DNA from: Candidatus Omnitrophota bacterium
GTDB taxonomy: Bacteria > Omnitrophota > Gorgyraeia > Gorgyraeales > Gorgyraeaceae
DNA: 64,000 nt
Assembly (NCBI GenBank): GCA_026387235.1
Contig: JAPLMD010000026.1
Span: 973-64,972 of the forward strand
Direction of reading: 5' to 3'
This document shows, piece after piece, positions 29,044 through 39,423 of the stretch. The position numbers were made by a program, and so were the translations under genes. Positions within the stretch are counted from its first letter, which is position 1. Each line of letters starts with the position of its first letter. The notes under the pieces were generated by a model, which worked only from the letters and a program-made list of their open reading frames with translations, was not told the DNA's origin and did no database searches.

Positions 29044-31003
29044 CGTTCCGTGTTTTGTACACCGTAAAATAGTAGGCTAAAAGTAATGATATTATGCTTA
29101 TCGCAAGGCCGCGATAAAATTCCACAGGAACATATGTCAATTGAATCATGTAATCCCCAGGGTCATCTAGGACTACCGCCAACCGACCACCGTCACCGCG
29201 TTTAGGCAGCTTTCCGACATTCGTTCTCCAGCTCTGATGATAATTCTGATTAATAATGAGCGTATCGGCACGTTGTAGATGCACACTGACCCGGATCTTA
29301 TTTGGGCTGAAATATTGAAGCTGCGCCTGGTTCTCTTCATTCTGGAAAAATACCTCTCCCCGATAAGCAGGATTAGCTTCTAATTTATCGAGCTCGGAAG
29401 GCAGAAATCGCGAATCTCTCTCTCTAACCATATATTTAGGCGTAACGTTTGTCTTAATCGCCAGATTGCCGAAGAGCCAATCAATGAGGCCGATATTACT
29501 CTGCGCATAGTAATACTGGTCAATTTGGTAGGGTTCCGGAAACCCGATGTAATCTTTAATCTTGACATGAAAAAACTCTTTCTGAAACGAAAACTCAGAC
29601 CTATCCTTGAGATGTATCCGGTTTTCTAAAAAACGCTGGTTCAGCCAGAACATATTGTTCAGGCTGAATATTGCAACCGGAATCAAAAGCCAAAGAAACT
29701 TCCTCCTTTCCCGGAGATCCAATACAGAGAAAAAGCGCCCCGAAATGACAGAAATTAGAAAAAAAATCTGGAATGTGAAATATTCATCCATCCGCCAAAT
29801 GCTGTGGACATACGGGTGAAGATGCCATATCCACTTAAATATATCAACCGGGCTATGCGGCCCAAAGGAGATAATAATAGAAATGATCGAAAGAATTATA
29901 TAACGCCAGATCTTTTTCCAATAAAAAAAGCAGCCAAGTGCGGCCAGTATGACGGGTATATAGCCAAAATACATCTGTGTATAATCATCCTGGTCTGGGG
30001 TAACGGTAAAGGAACCAGTTTTGAATGACCGGTTATACGGTTTTTTTGAATTAATATCCCTTGAATAACCGTATTCGAATGGAAAATGACAAGATTTGAT
30101 AAATCGAAAAGAATCGGTCCTAAATAGCCAGCCATGCAACTTCTTCGGATTGACGTCTCTTCCAGTTGCCACAATTGTTTTCGCTATCTTAGAATAGTCG
30201 TTTTCGTAGGGAAAATGAATAAATGGGATATCTTTGCGCGCAAGTAACTGATGCATAGGCAGGATTTTAACCATAGAAATAAGCAGCGTAATCAGCATGA
30301 TAAGCGCAAACACTACCGGAAACCTGGTATTAACTTTAATCCTGCGGGATTTTTCACGGTAGACAGCGTGAAGGCAGGCAAAGAGGAATAAGAAAATGAC
30401 GATGGGTATAAGAATGCTGCCGGTAGATACGGCTATGATACTCATCACCACAGAAGTAAAAAATATAAACTTCTTATCTCGTATAGATTTAATAAAAAAC
30501 ACGATCAGCAGAGGCAGAAAATAAAAGTATAGCTTTTCATAGTTCGACTGCATGTATTGGCAGGGACCCCAGCTGCAGAAAAGAAAAGCTAGCGTGGAAA
30601 AAAGGGAGCCCGCCAGATTATAGCGAAGCTGGTAGCGGGTTAAATAGAATAAGCTCAAGGCCCCGCATAAAACGATTAAAAAGATGGTAATCTTAGTCCC
30701 TTCTATGGCTCCAAACGCCAGGACGATCAGCATTAAGGGGCTTAAGGATATGTCATAGGGAAAACCTATAAAGGGATAGCCTCCTTCAAAATGAGGGATC
30801 CTTAAAGGAAACTGATGATATTTGATAATGGATATTCTAAAAAAGTCGATATAAGGATATATCCCGCACCAATCAACTCGGGGAATGCCATGACTTATAT
30901 CTCTAAAAAGCGGCAAATAAAACAAAATCGCCGATATTGTGATGAGCGCAATGGCAACAGAATCTTTAAAATGGCTCCGTATAGTATTAATCAAAGTTTT
31001 CAT
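29012..31003 (-). CDS. Large polytopic membrane protein, putative GT-C glycosyltransferase/polymerase (YfhO-like)
   Basis: 663 aa. More than 10 predicted TM segments with a large C-terminal extracytoplasmic domain. No confident family match from sequence alone. Confidence 0.35.
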   Translation of the reverse strand: MKTLINTIRSHFKDSVAIALITISAILFYLPLFRDISHGIPRVDWCGIYPYIDFFRISIIKYHQFPLRIPHFEGGYPFIGFPYDISLSPLMLIVLAFGAIEGTKITIFLIVLCGALSLFYLTRYQLRYNLAGSLFSTLAFLFCSWGPCQYMQSNYEKLYFYFLPLLIVFFIKSIRDKKFIFFTSVVMSIIAVSTGSILIPIVIFLFLFACLHAVYREKSRRIKVNTRFPVVFALIMLITLLISMVKILPMHQLLARKDIPFIHFPYENDYSKIAKTIVATGRDVNPKKLHGWLFRTDSFRFIKSCHFPFEYGYSRDINSKKPYNRSFKTGSFTVTPDQDDYTQMYFGYIPVILAALGCFFYWKKIWRYIILSIISIIISFGPHSPVDIFKWIWHLHPYVHSIWRMDEYFTFQIFFLISVISGRFFSVLDLRERRKFLWLLIPVAIFSLNNMFWLNQRFLENRIHLKDRSEFSFQKEFFHVKIKDYIGFPEPYQIDQYYYAQSNIGLIDWLFGNLAIKTNVTPKYMVRERDSRFLPSELDKLEANPAYRGEVFFQNEENQAQLQYFSPNKIRVSVHLQRADTLIINQNYHQSWRTNVGKLPKRGDGGRLAVVLDDPGDYMIQLTYVPVEFYRGLAISIISLLLAYYFTVYKTRNDATRRDRKAV

Positions 31004-31012
31004 GTTCCCCTA

Positions 31013-32401
31013 TTAATCGGCAACTGAATACAATAAAACCATGAAGGCCTCTTGCAAACTTCTAATTTTATTCGGCAGTATTTTCCATATTCGCCACATC
31101 TGGCGCGGCCGGAGGTAAAATTCCCTGAATAACTTCGCATGCATCCTTTTTAATTCCCGGTCGGAAAGCGATGAGGCATTCGTGGAAAACTTATGATAAT
31201 CGTGGGCACTGAATTTCTTTAATTTAACATTCTCTCTGTCAAGCTCATTAAATATCTCCGTCTTCGGCTGTGGAATAAGATAAAAAAAGTCTGCTATGTG
31301 AAATCCTGCATCTTTTGCAAATCTAAGAGTCTGGAGCACCTCTTCCTTTGTTTCACCGGGGAATCCCAGCATAAAATAGCCGCAGGTAACTATGCCCTGT
31401 TTGATGGTTTGAGCGATGATGTGTCTGGCCTTATCAAGATCAAGGTTCTTCTTGACAATCTTCTGGATCCGTGGCGAGGCTGACTCAATGGCATAAAAGA
31501 TCACGCGTGCCCCCGCCTGCTTTAGCTTTACGATAAGCTCTTCATCCATCCTGTCGACGCGAAGGCCGTTGGGAAAAGAAAGGGCTATCTTGATGCCGCG
31601 GCGGATTATCTCATCGCAGATGCGCTTGGCCCGAGGAAGGTCGAAATTAAAGCAGTCATCGATAACCTCTATCTCCTGAACCCCATAGTTTTTGATCAAG
31701 GCCTCAATCTCTTCAATGACATTCTCAACACTCCTGAACCTGATCTTTTTGCCAAAGATATTATGGCAGTAGGTGCATTGGTAGGGACAACCCCGGGAGG
31801 TAAATAAAGACGCGATCCTGTTAGAGGTGGGAATGGGGTTCTGTGAATGGTTGCGAATGTCCTTAAAATATCCCTCCATGTTGATAATATCCCATGCAGG
31901 AAAAGGAATGACGTCAAGGTCTTCGATCGCCGACTGCACAGGGTTGACTACACAGGTCCCGTTGTTTTTAAAGGCCATGCCATCGATTTCCGAGAAATCT
32001 TTTCCTTCTTGTAAAGCGTTGATAAGCCTGGCGGCTGTCCTTTCCCCCTCCCCGATGACCACGAAATCTACGTTCTGGTCTTTCATGATGTGTTCGGGGC
32101 TGGAGGTAGCGTACGGGCCGCCTACGATTACTTTGCAGTTAGCGTCAATCTCCTTGGCTAACCTGGCAAGCCTATGGACATGGGCAGACTCCATGCTCAT
32201 GCCGGAAATGCCGACCACATCGGGGGAAAGAGCTTTTATGCGCCGGGAAACGGCCTTATCGCTGAGACGCTCATGCCGGGCGTCAATAATGGTTATATCG
32301 TGATATCCCTGGCTTCTGAGATATGAGGCGAGGTAGAGGGGACCGAGCGGAATAAGGTGTTTGACCTCAGGTGAATTCGCTATGATGAAAGCTATTTTCA
32401 T
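31013..32401 (-). CDS. B12-binding-domain radical SAM protein (tandem duplicate 1)
   Basis: 462 aa. TSRGCPYQCTYCHNIFGKK motif. About 80% identical to 32422-33813. Confidence 0.8.
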   Translation of the reverse strand: MKIAFIIANSPEVKHLIPLGPLYLASYLRSQGYHDITIIDARHERLSDKAVSRRIKALSPDVVGISGMSMESAHVHRLARLAKEIDANCKVIVGGPYATSSPEHIMKDQNVDFVVIGEGERTAARLINALQEGKDFSEIDGMAFKNNGTCVVNPVQSAIEDLDVIPFPAWDIINMEGYFKDIRNHSQNPIPTSNRIASLFTSRGCPYQCTYCHNIFGKKIRFRSVENVIEEIEALIKNYGVQEIEVIDDCFNFDLPRAKRICDEIIRRGIKIALSFPNGLRVDRMDEELIVKLKQAGARVIFYAIESASPRIQKIVKKNLDLDKARHIIAQTIKQGIVTCGYFMLGFPGETKEEVLQTLRFAKDAGFHIADFFYLIPQPKTEIFNELDRENVKLKKFSAHDYHKFSTNASSLSDRELKRMHAKLFREFYLRPRQMWRIWKILPNKIRSLQEAFMVLLYSVAD

Positions 32402-32421
32402 ATTAAGATAAAGTTGATTGA

Positions 32422-33813
32422 TTATTTACCTATCAGGATACGGCTTAGGACAACAAGCCCATTCCTTAAAAGTATCCTCTTGTCCGGAATCGCCTTCCAT
32501 ATCCGCCACATTTGTCCGGGTCGAAAATAAAATTCTCTGTGCGCCATCGACCAAATATTTTGCAGCTCATGATCCGTAACCGCCGAAGCATTATAGGTTA
32601 ACCGCTGATAACAATTAATCTTGATATTTCTTAGGTCGCCATTCTTTCCGAAAAGATCATTGAACATCTCTGTATTCGGCGGAGGAGTTACATAAAACAT
32701 ATTTATTATATGAAAAGGCATATCTTTAGCGAATCTGACCGTCTGAAGCATCTCTTCCTTTGTCTCCCCGGGAAATCCCAGCATGAAATAACCGCAGGTA
32801 ACTATGCCATGGTCAGCCGTGTAGTTGATGATTTTCTTGGCCTTCTCTAAATCGAGGTTTTTCTTGATTCTCTGCTGTATTGTGGGCGATGCGGACTCTA
32901 TAGCGTAAAATATTATATACGTACCCGCCTGCTTTAACTTTATGATAAGCTCTTCATCCATCCTATCGACCCGAAGGGCGTTGGGAAAAGAAAGGGTTAT
33001 TTTGATGCCGCGCCTGATGATCTCATCGCAAATCTCTTTTGCCCTGGGAAGGTCGAAATTAAAGCAGTCATCAATGATCTCTATCTCCTGGACCCTATAG
33101 CGCTTAACCAAGGCCTCGATCTCTTCCATGACATTCCCGACACTCCTGAACCTGATCTTTTTGCCGAAGATATTATGGCAGTAGGTGCATCGGTACGGAC
33201 ACCCCCGGGAGGTAAATAAAGGCGCGATCCTATTGGATGTAGGAATGGGATTATTCGAATGATTATGAATATCCTTAAAATATCCTTCCATATCGATAAG
33301 ATCCCAGGCAGGGAAAGGAATGGCGTCAAGGTCTTCGATCGCCGACTGCACAGGGTTGACTACACAGGTCCCGTTGTTTTTAAAGGCCAGGCCATCAATT
33401 TCCGAGAAATCTTTTCCCTCTTGTAAAGCGTTGATAAGCCTGGCGGTTGTCCTTTCCCCCTCACCGATGATCACGAAGTCCACATTCGAATCTTTCAGGA
33501 TGCGTTCGGGGCTGGAGGTAGCGTATGGGCCGCCTACGATTACTTTGCAGTTCCTATCAACCGCCTTGGCTAACCCCGCAAGGCTATGAATCTCTGAAGA
33601 CTCCATACTCAAACCAGAAATACCGACCACATCAGGGGAAAGGTCTTTTATGCTCCGGGAAATACCCGCATGGCCCAGGTGTTTGTGCCTAGCGTCAATA
33701 ATGCTTATATCGTGATATCCTTCTCTTCTTAGATAAGAAGCGACGCAAAGAGGACCTAGCGGAATACTGCGTATGACCTCACGTGCATTGGGTATGACGA
33801 AAGTTATCTTCAT
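32422..33813 (-). CDS. B12-binding-domain radical SAM protein (tandem duplicate 2)
   Basis: 463 aa. TSRGCPYRCTYCHNIFGKK. Shares stretches of more than 55 bp of identical DNA with the neighbouring copy. Confidence 0.8.
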   Translation of the reverse strand: MKITFVIPNAREVIRSIPLGPLCVASYLRREGYHDISIIDARHKHLGHAGISRSIKDLSPDVVGISGLSMESSEIHSLAGLAKAVDRNCKVIVGGPYATSSPERILKDSNVDFVIIGEGERTTARLINALQEGKDFSEIDGLAFKNNGTCVVNPVQSAIEDLDAIPFPAWDLIDMEGYFKDIHNHSNNPIPTSNRIAPLFTSRGCPYRCTYCHNIFGKKIRFRSVGNVMEEIEALVKRYRVQEIEIIDDCFNFDLPRAKEICDEIIRRGIKITLSFPNALRVDRMDEELIIKLKQAGTYIIFYAIESASPTIQQRIKKNLDLEKAKKIINYTADHGIVTCGYFMLGFPGETKEEMLQTVRFAKDMPFHIINMFYVTPPPNTEMFNDLFGKNGDLRNIKINCYQRLTYNASAVTDHELQNIWSMAHREFYFRPGQMWRIWKAIPDKRILLRNGLVVLSRILIGK

Positions 33814-34532
33814 GGCTTTTTCAATCGCCCGCTTACTATTCGGTATTTAAGTTTTACGAGGTCCATCAGATAAACGCTGCAGAGCCTCAATAAATAAAAA
33901 CCAATCATGCTGGTTTTTCCCGTCTTCCGTTCAAAATGAACAACGGGCACCTCAACTATTCGATATCCTTTCAACTTGGCTATAATATATATAATGATCG
34001 GCGTTGCAGAAAAATTCTGGGGCATATCGCTCATGATATCGTTTAATACGCTGGCCTTGATAAGCTTAAACGGAGCATTCACGTCTCTTAAAGATACGCC
34101 GAAAAGAATTACGTTTATCCATCGAAGAATCAATGAAAGGATCTTACGATGCAGGCGATCATGCCGAGGGCTGCGATAGCCTGCCGCTATATCACTCCCT
34201 TCTATATGCCTATATAACTGCCAAAAATCTTTTATGCTGAATTGGTTGTCGCCGTCAATATGAAATACAAGAGGCTTGCACGCCTGATCAAACGCCGCAC
34301 GGAGCGCCTTACCGTGTCCGCTATTCTTCTCTAAATGAATTACCTTCAATTGTCCGAACTTCTGCTTGAGGCGCTTAAGAATCTTGAATGTACCGTCGGT
34401 AGATCCGTCATTGACGACAATAAGCTCAGAGTCGGGTATTTTTTCGATAATCTCGCTATAGCAGTCATTCACCACCTTCTCGATTATTGCTTCCTCATTA
34501 AACACTGGAATAGTCACTGAGACAGCCATCAT
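33810..34532 (-). CDS. Family 2 glycosyltransferase (polyprenyl-phosphate sugar synthase-like)
   Basis: 240 aa. VTIPVFNEE...VNDGSTDGT...DGDNQ GT-A motifs. Confidence 0.75.
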   Translation of the reverse strand: MMAVSVTIPVFNEEAIIEKVVNDCYSEIIEKIPDSELIVVNDGSTDGTFKILKRLKQKFGQLKVIHLEKNSGHGKALRAAFDQACKPLVFHIDGDNQFSIKDFWQLYRHIEGSDIAAGYRSPRHDRLHRKILSLILRWINVILFGVSLRDVNAPFKLIKASVLNDIMSDMPQNFSATPIIIYIIAKLKGYRIVEVPVVHFERKTGKTSMIGFYLLRLCSVYLMDLVKLKYRIVSGRLKKP

Positions 34533-34543
34533 AGTCTTTTGGT

Positions 34544-35659
34544 TTACCTGACTTTAGTTAGTAATTCCATTCTCTCTTCGAGGTTTAGCGCCGGATAATT
34601 CTCAACCGCATTGATATTATCAAGGCACCATTCCGTTGCTTCGTCCATATCATAATAGCGGAAGAGCCCCAATCTCCCTATACTGAGGAGATTTTTTATC
34701 CGTACGAGGCACGCAAGATATTTATTGAAAAGTTTTTTGTTTTCAGAGGTATAGACGGGATACATGCTGCTATTGTTACCCGGAAAATCATAGCCAACGA
34801 TGCAAGAAGTAACTGGGCCATTTGGATAACAAAGGCTATAGTTGCATTTTCTGGTGTAGGCAACGTCGCTATCAGGAAAATTGATGCAGCCGTATTTGAC
34901 ATCTTCCCATTCAGCTTCTTCAAAGTTTATCTCAAAGCGAAGTCCTCTATAGGCTAGACGCCCATAGCAAAAACTAAACAACTCATCTATGGGAATAGTA
35001 GCTATCACCAAATCATACTTCAAATCTCTATAGTCTTTTATTTCGACATTATAATGAATTGGTATGCCTTCTGTCATCTTTTCAAGCATATGCGAATAAC
35101 CACAGTGAGGTACTCCCTGCCATTCATGCTTAAAATATCCTAAGCTATTATCGCGCCTTATCTCTATCCTTTTCGGCGCCCATTCTGCTTCCATATTTGC
35201 CGGCAGTATTCCCCAGAATTTCATTGTATAGTTTTTAATGAACTTTTTATATAATTCCTTTCCAATCATAGAAACGACACAGGTTTCAAAATTCGCCATA
35301 TTAATCTTCTTCGGAAGACGTCTAAGCTCTTTTAATATTTGATCTCTTTCCTGCAACATCTCTATCGTCTCATAGCTAATAGGATACGGTAAAACCCTGC
35401 CATCGACAAAGGTCCCTACATAGTGAGTATATTCATTGAACTTACTAAATCTACAGAGGAACTCGATAACCGACTCATTGTCGGTATGAAAATTATGCGG
35501 CCCAAACAATTGATAAAATCTCCCTCTATGGACGTCGGTAGCGCAAAGACCGCCTATCCTTTTCTCCTTCTCAAAGATAACGACATCATGTCCCCGATCC
35601 TTAAGGAGCCGCGCGATAGTACAGCCAACTAATCCTGCGCCGACAATTGCGATTTTCAT
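34544..35659 (-). CDS. glf: UDP-galactopyranose mutase
   Basis: 371 aa. FAD motif IAIVGAGLVGCT. UGM blocks FGPHNFHT, MKFWG, GRLGLFRYYDMDEA align to E. coli Glf (GAHIFHT, TEKQWG, GRLAEYKYYDM). Confidence 0.85.
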   Translation of the reverse strand: MKIAIVGAGLVGCTIARLLKDRGHDVVIFEKEKRIGGLCATDVHRGRFYQLFGPHNFHTDNESVIEFLCRFSKFNEYTHYVGTFVDGRVLPYPISYETIEMLQERDQILKELRRLPKKINMANFETCVVSMIGKELYKKFIKNYTMKFWGILPANMEAEWAPKRIEIRRDNSLGYFKHEWQGVPHCGYSHMLEKMTEGIPIHYNVEIKDYRDLKYDLVIATIPIDELFSFCYGRLAYRGLRFEINFEEAEWEDVKYGCINFPDSDVAYTRKCNYSLCYPNGPVTSCIVGYDFPGNNSSMYPVYTSENKKLFNKYLACLVRIKNLLSIGRLGLFRYYDMDEATEWCLDNINAVENYPALNLEERMELLTKVR

Positions 35660-35675
35660 TTATCCCTGCCTAAAA

Positions 35676-37070
35676 TTATATAAGCGCGCACGCGGAACCA
35701 ATAATGCCCTTCAACTCTTTAAACGACTTCACCTTCATTAGCGTCCTTACGATATATCTTGGTCTAAAGTAAAAACTTTGATAAGCATTTTTTAGCCAAT
35801 AAATAAGTTCGTCCGAAGAAATGCTTAAGTTAACCGATTTGAGATTTTCTAAATCTTCTTTGCCTAACGTGTAATCTCGCAAAAAATCGCCTCCAATCTT
35901 CTCTTGCACCATGCGATACAACTCAGTATGAGGTGAAGGAGTAACCTTGGTAAACTGTACGTAATCAAGATCGAGTTCTTTCGCCAATTTTATTGTTTTC
36001 TTAATGCTTTCCTTGCTTTCACCAGGCGATCCTATCATAAAAAAACCGAACGCATCTATATTTTCTTTTCGTGTCCACCTAACAGCATCTCTCATTATCG
36101 CTATAGGAATATCCCTTTTTAATATTTTCAATATCTGAGGATCTCCCGATTCAAAACCATAATTAATCCTTATACAACCGGCCTTAGCAAATAACTTTAT
36201 AAGGCTCTCATTGACACAATCAGGTCGAGTCCTTATCGACCAGCTAATATCGAGTTTTCTTCTTAGAATCTCTTCACAAATTACCATTGCCCTTTTTTTG
36301 TCTAATGAAAAAATCTCATCATAAAACAAAATTTCTCTTATTCCGTATTTGGTAGTACATTGCTCCATTTCGTCAACAACCTTAAGAGGATCTCTGAAAA
36401 CAACGTCAGGATTAGCGCTGCAATAAATACAATTGAAAGGACATCCTTCACTGGACATCATAGTTGTGATCGGTCTTTTTTTAGAAAGAATTGTGCTATA
36501 TTTTTCATTTGGCAATAAATGCCTTGATGGAAATGGAACATTATTTATCGTAACTTTGCTCTGCCGTATTCCAGTTACTATTACCTCGCCATTCTTTCTA
36601 TACGCGATTCCTTTAACACCTTCAAAATAGCCTTTTGTCTCTATGCAATCTATAAGTTCAGGCAAAGTCTCCCATCCTTCTCCTATTACACAAAAATCAA
36701 TACAATGATAAGTTAAAATCTCAGCTGGGTAGAGAGTAGCTTGAGGCCCTCCAACTATAATAGGCGCATTTATATGCTTTTTTAGCTCTTTTATCCAGCG
36801 TAGATCGCTCTGAAAATTAGCCGTTAGCATACTAAATAGAAGTATATCCGGCCGGAAAATTCTTAACTCAGCAATAACTTCATTGACATTTAAACGAAGG
36901 GCATTTCCCTCTACTACTTTTACCATATGCTTTTTTTCTAGAATAGCCGCTAGATAAGCGATTCCTAGAGGAGGTAATATGGCGCCAACGTTGCTGTAAT
37001 GTTTATAGATTTTTTTTGTAAAAGCTATGGGGCATATCTCTTGTGGAGGATAAACAAATGCCAGCCTCAT
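35676..37070 (-). CDS. B12-binding-domain radical SAM protein
   Basis: 464 aa. SSEGCPFNCIYCSA motif. N-terminal Rossmann-like domain. Confidence 0.75.
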   Translation of the reverse strand: MRLAFVYPPQEICPIAFTKKIYKHYSNVGAILPPLGIAYLAAILEKKHMVKVVEGNALRLNVNEVIAELRIFRPDILLFSMLTANFQSDLRWIKELKKHINAPIIVGGPQATLYPAEILTYHCIDFCVIGEGWETLPELIDCIETKGYFEGVKGIAYRKNGEVIVTGIRQSKVTINNVPFPSRHLLPNEKYSTILSKKRPITTMMSSEGCPFNCIYCSANPDVVFRDPLKVVDEMEQCTTKYGIREILFYDEIFSLDKKRAMVICEEILRRKLDISWSIRTRPDCVNESLIKLFAKAGCIRINYGFESGDPQILKILKRDIPIAIMRDAVRWTRKENIDAFGFFMIGSPGESKESIKKTIKLAKELDLDYVQFTKVTPSPHTELYRMVQEKIGGDFLRDYTLGKEDLENLKSVNLSISSDELIYWLKNAYQSFYFRPRYIVRTLMKVKSFKELKGIIGSACALI

Positions 37071-39400
37071 CTTGCGTCCCTCGTCCCTCTATAAAAATAA
37101 GACCTATAATCCAAAGGAATTTTCCCTGCCTCATGAACCCATCCCTCTGTCTCATAATTATATCTTCTCATCACTCCTACTCCTAACCCCTCATATATAT
37201 AAGGCCAAAATATTTGATCCGTATACCTTATAAGCTTTGTGCATCCCTCAATGTTGTAGGCAAACCTCCACCCAATACCGGTCCCTAAACCTCTGTAGAG
37301 ATACGGACGATACTCCTGGTCAACCGCCCTTAAAAATAAAACGTATTTTGTTACATCATGGATAAATCTCCACCCTACTTCGATACCAAGGCGCTGGTAA
37401 CATAGAGGCTTATATTTTTCTTCTATCTTACTCATAATCATTTTCCATGTGCCGATATTATAACCAACCTTCCCAATACCGAACCCAAAATCATCATAAA
37501 TGCACCGATAATATTCTTTTCCCTGAGCCAATCCTGCATATATCACGGGTTCAAATCTTTTATCCACCGCATTCATGAAACGAAAGAATTTTTCCGGTTG
37601 GTCAACTAAAACGTCAAATAGCTCAATCCCCATCCCGCTATAAAAAAATGGCTCATATTCCTCATCAATCTTTTTCCGAAAATCCATGAGCGCATGCTTC
37701 GGATTGTCGTGCACCTCACGGGCGGCCTGGCGGCCCACGCCGCTATAAAAATAAGAAGCCAGTTTGGGGTCAAGATAGTTCTTTAATTCGGCACCGGTTG
37801 CTTTATCGTACCTGAGTTCCCTCTCTAATGCCTCCCCCATCCACTCGTATGCATAAGGCCAGTAATTCCTCTCGATCTTATGTATCCAGGTACTAAGATA
37901 TAAGCGATAATCATTATCAAATTTATCTTCAGCGTATCCCCAACCCATACCGGAATAACAATACCGCCTGGCCTCTCCGTCCTTAATCCCTTTTATGGAA
38001 TCGACCCATCTGGAGGAACCGTCAAACCTCCAGGCGATCACTCTGCCTAGATCATAATAGTTGTAACCCCGGTAGATCCCTGATAAGGCAGCCTTATGCA
38101 AGGGATCTTTAGAAATGAAATTAAAATTAGAGACTAACCCCAGCCCCAGCAAAAACGCCATAATACAGAAATTTAAATACGGCGCGAAAAAACTCCTGAA
38201 TTGCGTGCGTTTTCCGTACAGGAATATGACTATCATAGCAGGAATAAAAAGACCGACAGGCGCGACATGCCTGTAACGGAACACGCTGCTTTCATAATAA
38301 CTCATATTAAATTGTATACCGGAAAGGCTGAGGGTAAAAACGAACACTGCAAAAAACACAAGCAAGAATACCTCTTTGGATATCTCTTGAGGCAATACGG
38401 AGAAACGCGGCAAAGGAATAATGCCTCGTATGATCTTTAGCAAAGACCTGCGGTTGAGCCACGATAGGGCGCAGAAAGAAATCACAAATACAAAGTAATA
38501 AATACGGGACAAAAACCAGTGGCCGAGCAATGCCTGAGGCTCAAACTCCAAAATAGGATCGGAAAAAGTAAAAATTCCTGGCATATCAATGGTAAAAAAA
38601 TTCTTAAGCCTTAAAAAGAAATTAACAGGGTTATTACCTGCGAACCAGTGAGAAAGGAGGTGATCGCATACGATTAATCCTTGAAAATTATGGGTGAGAT
38701 TATACCAGATCCAGGGAGCAAGGCCGGTTAAAAAGGCGGCGGCAAAGATAAAGAATTCGCTTTTGAGAAAAAACTTCTTATCGAAAATATACCAGAATAA
38801 AATAATAGTCAATAATGTCGGTAAAAAACTGTAATGAAAGAACATGCCAAAACCGCAAACTACTCCTAAGAGCCCGAACAGGACTTTCTTTTTTCTTACA
38901 AAAAAAATCTGGTAAAAGATTAATACCGCCATCATGGTGAAGAAATTGACCTCGTAAAGCGCGCCGTAATTGGAAACGCTGGCCTTTATCCAGCCAGGCT
39001 GCGGGAAAATCAAAAGTAAACTTGTCCAAACTGCTACCCTCCTATTGAAAAACCTATCTAAAAATAAATACCACAAAATGAATAAGCCTGTTCCTGTCAA
39101 TAGCCCCACAAATTTGAGAGATATCAACTTATCTCCAAAAAGCAAAAAAAACGGCACCGCCAAGATGCCGCTTACCAATGAACCGCCTTCATATTCACTC
39201 CTTTGGTAATCAAAGAAGGGAAAGGCTTGACCCGAAATCAATTCCTTGGATATGTTACCGCGGTATAATTCTTCATCCAGACTCACCAGGTCTATTGCGC
39301 AAAACAAAACCAGCAGCCTAACCAATAAATACAGCAGGGTTAAGCCTACCAAATACGCATACCTGCTATTGACAATCCGGATTGCCCTGGACATATTCAT
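37067..39400 (-). CDS. GT-C fold membrane glycosyltransferase (PMT_2/ArnT-like) with C-terminal Tyr/Gly-rich tandem-repeat domain (paralog 1). The start is probably at the internal Met (MNMSRAI), so the CDS spans 37067-39400.
   Basis: The ORF track shows 813 aa to 39508; the trimmed start avoids an 85-nt overlap. N-terminal polytopic domain aligns to paralogs at 43072 and 47595. C-terminal ~380 aa consist of about 10 repeats of ...YRPxxYxGxGxxxGWRF... Confidence 0.55.
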   Translation of the reverse strand: MNMSRAIRIVNSRYAYLVGLTLLYLLVRLLVLFCAIDLVSLDEELYRGNISKELISGQAFPFFDYQRSEYEGGSLVSGILAVPFFLLFGDKLISLKFVGLLTGTGLFILWYLFLDRFFNRRVAVWTSLLLIFPQPGWIKASVSNYGALYEVNFFTMMAVLIFYQIFFVRKKKVLFGLLGVVCGFGMFFHYSFLPTLLTIILFWYIFDKKFFLKSEFFIFAAAFLTGLAPWIWYNLTHNFQGLIVCDHLLSHWFAGNNPVNFFLRLKNFFTIDMPGIFTFSDPILEFEPQALLGHWFLSRIYYFVFVISFCALSWLNRRSLLKIIRGIIPLPRFSVLPQEISKEVFLLVFFAVFVFTLSLSGIQFNMSYYESSVFRYRHVAPVGLFIPAMIVIFLYGKRTQFRSFFAPYLNFCIMAFLLGLGLVSNFNFISKDPLHKAALSGIYRGYNYYDLGRVIAWRFDGSSRWVDSIKGIKDGEARRYCYSGMGWGYAEDKFDNDYRLYLSTWIHKIERNYWPYAYEWMGEALERELRYDKATGAELKNYLDPKLASYFYSGVGRQAAREVHDNPKHALMDFRKKIDEEYEPFFYSGMGIELFDVLVDQPEKFFRFMNAVDKRFEPVIYAGLAQGKEYYRCIYDDFGFGIGKVGYNIGTWKMIMSKIEEKYKPLCYQRLGIEVGWRFIHDVTKYVLFLRAVDQEYRPYLYRGLGTGIGWRFAYNIEGCTKLIRYTDQIFWPYIYEGLGVGVMRRYNYETEGWVHEAGKIPLDYRSYFYRGTRDAR

Positions 39401-39423
39401 TTTAGCCAACACCCATTTTCTAA

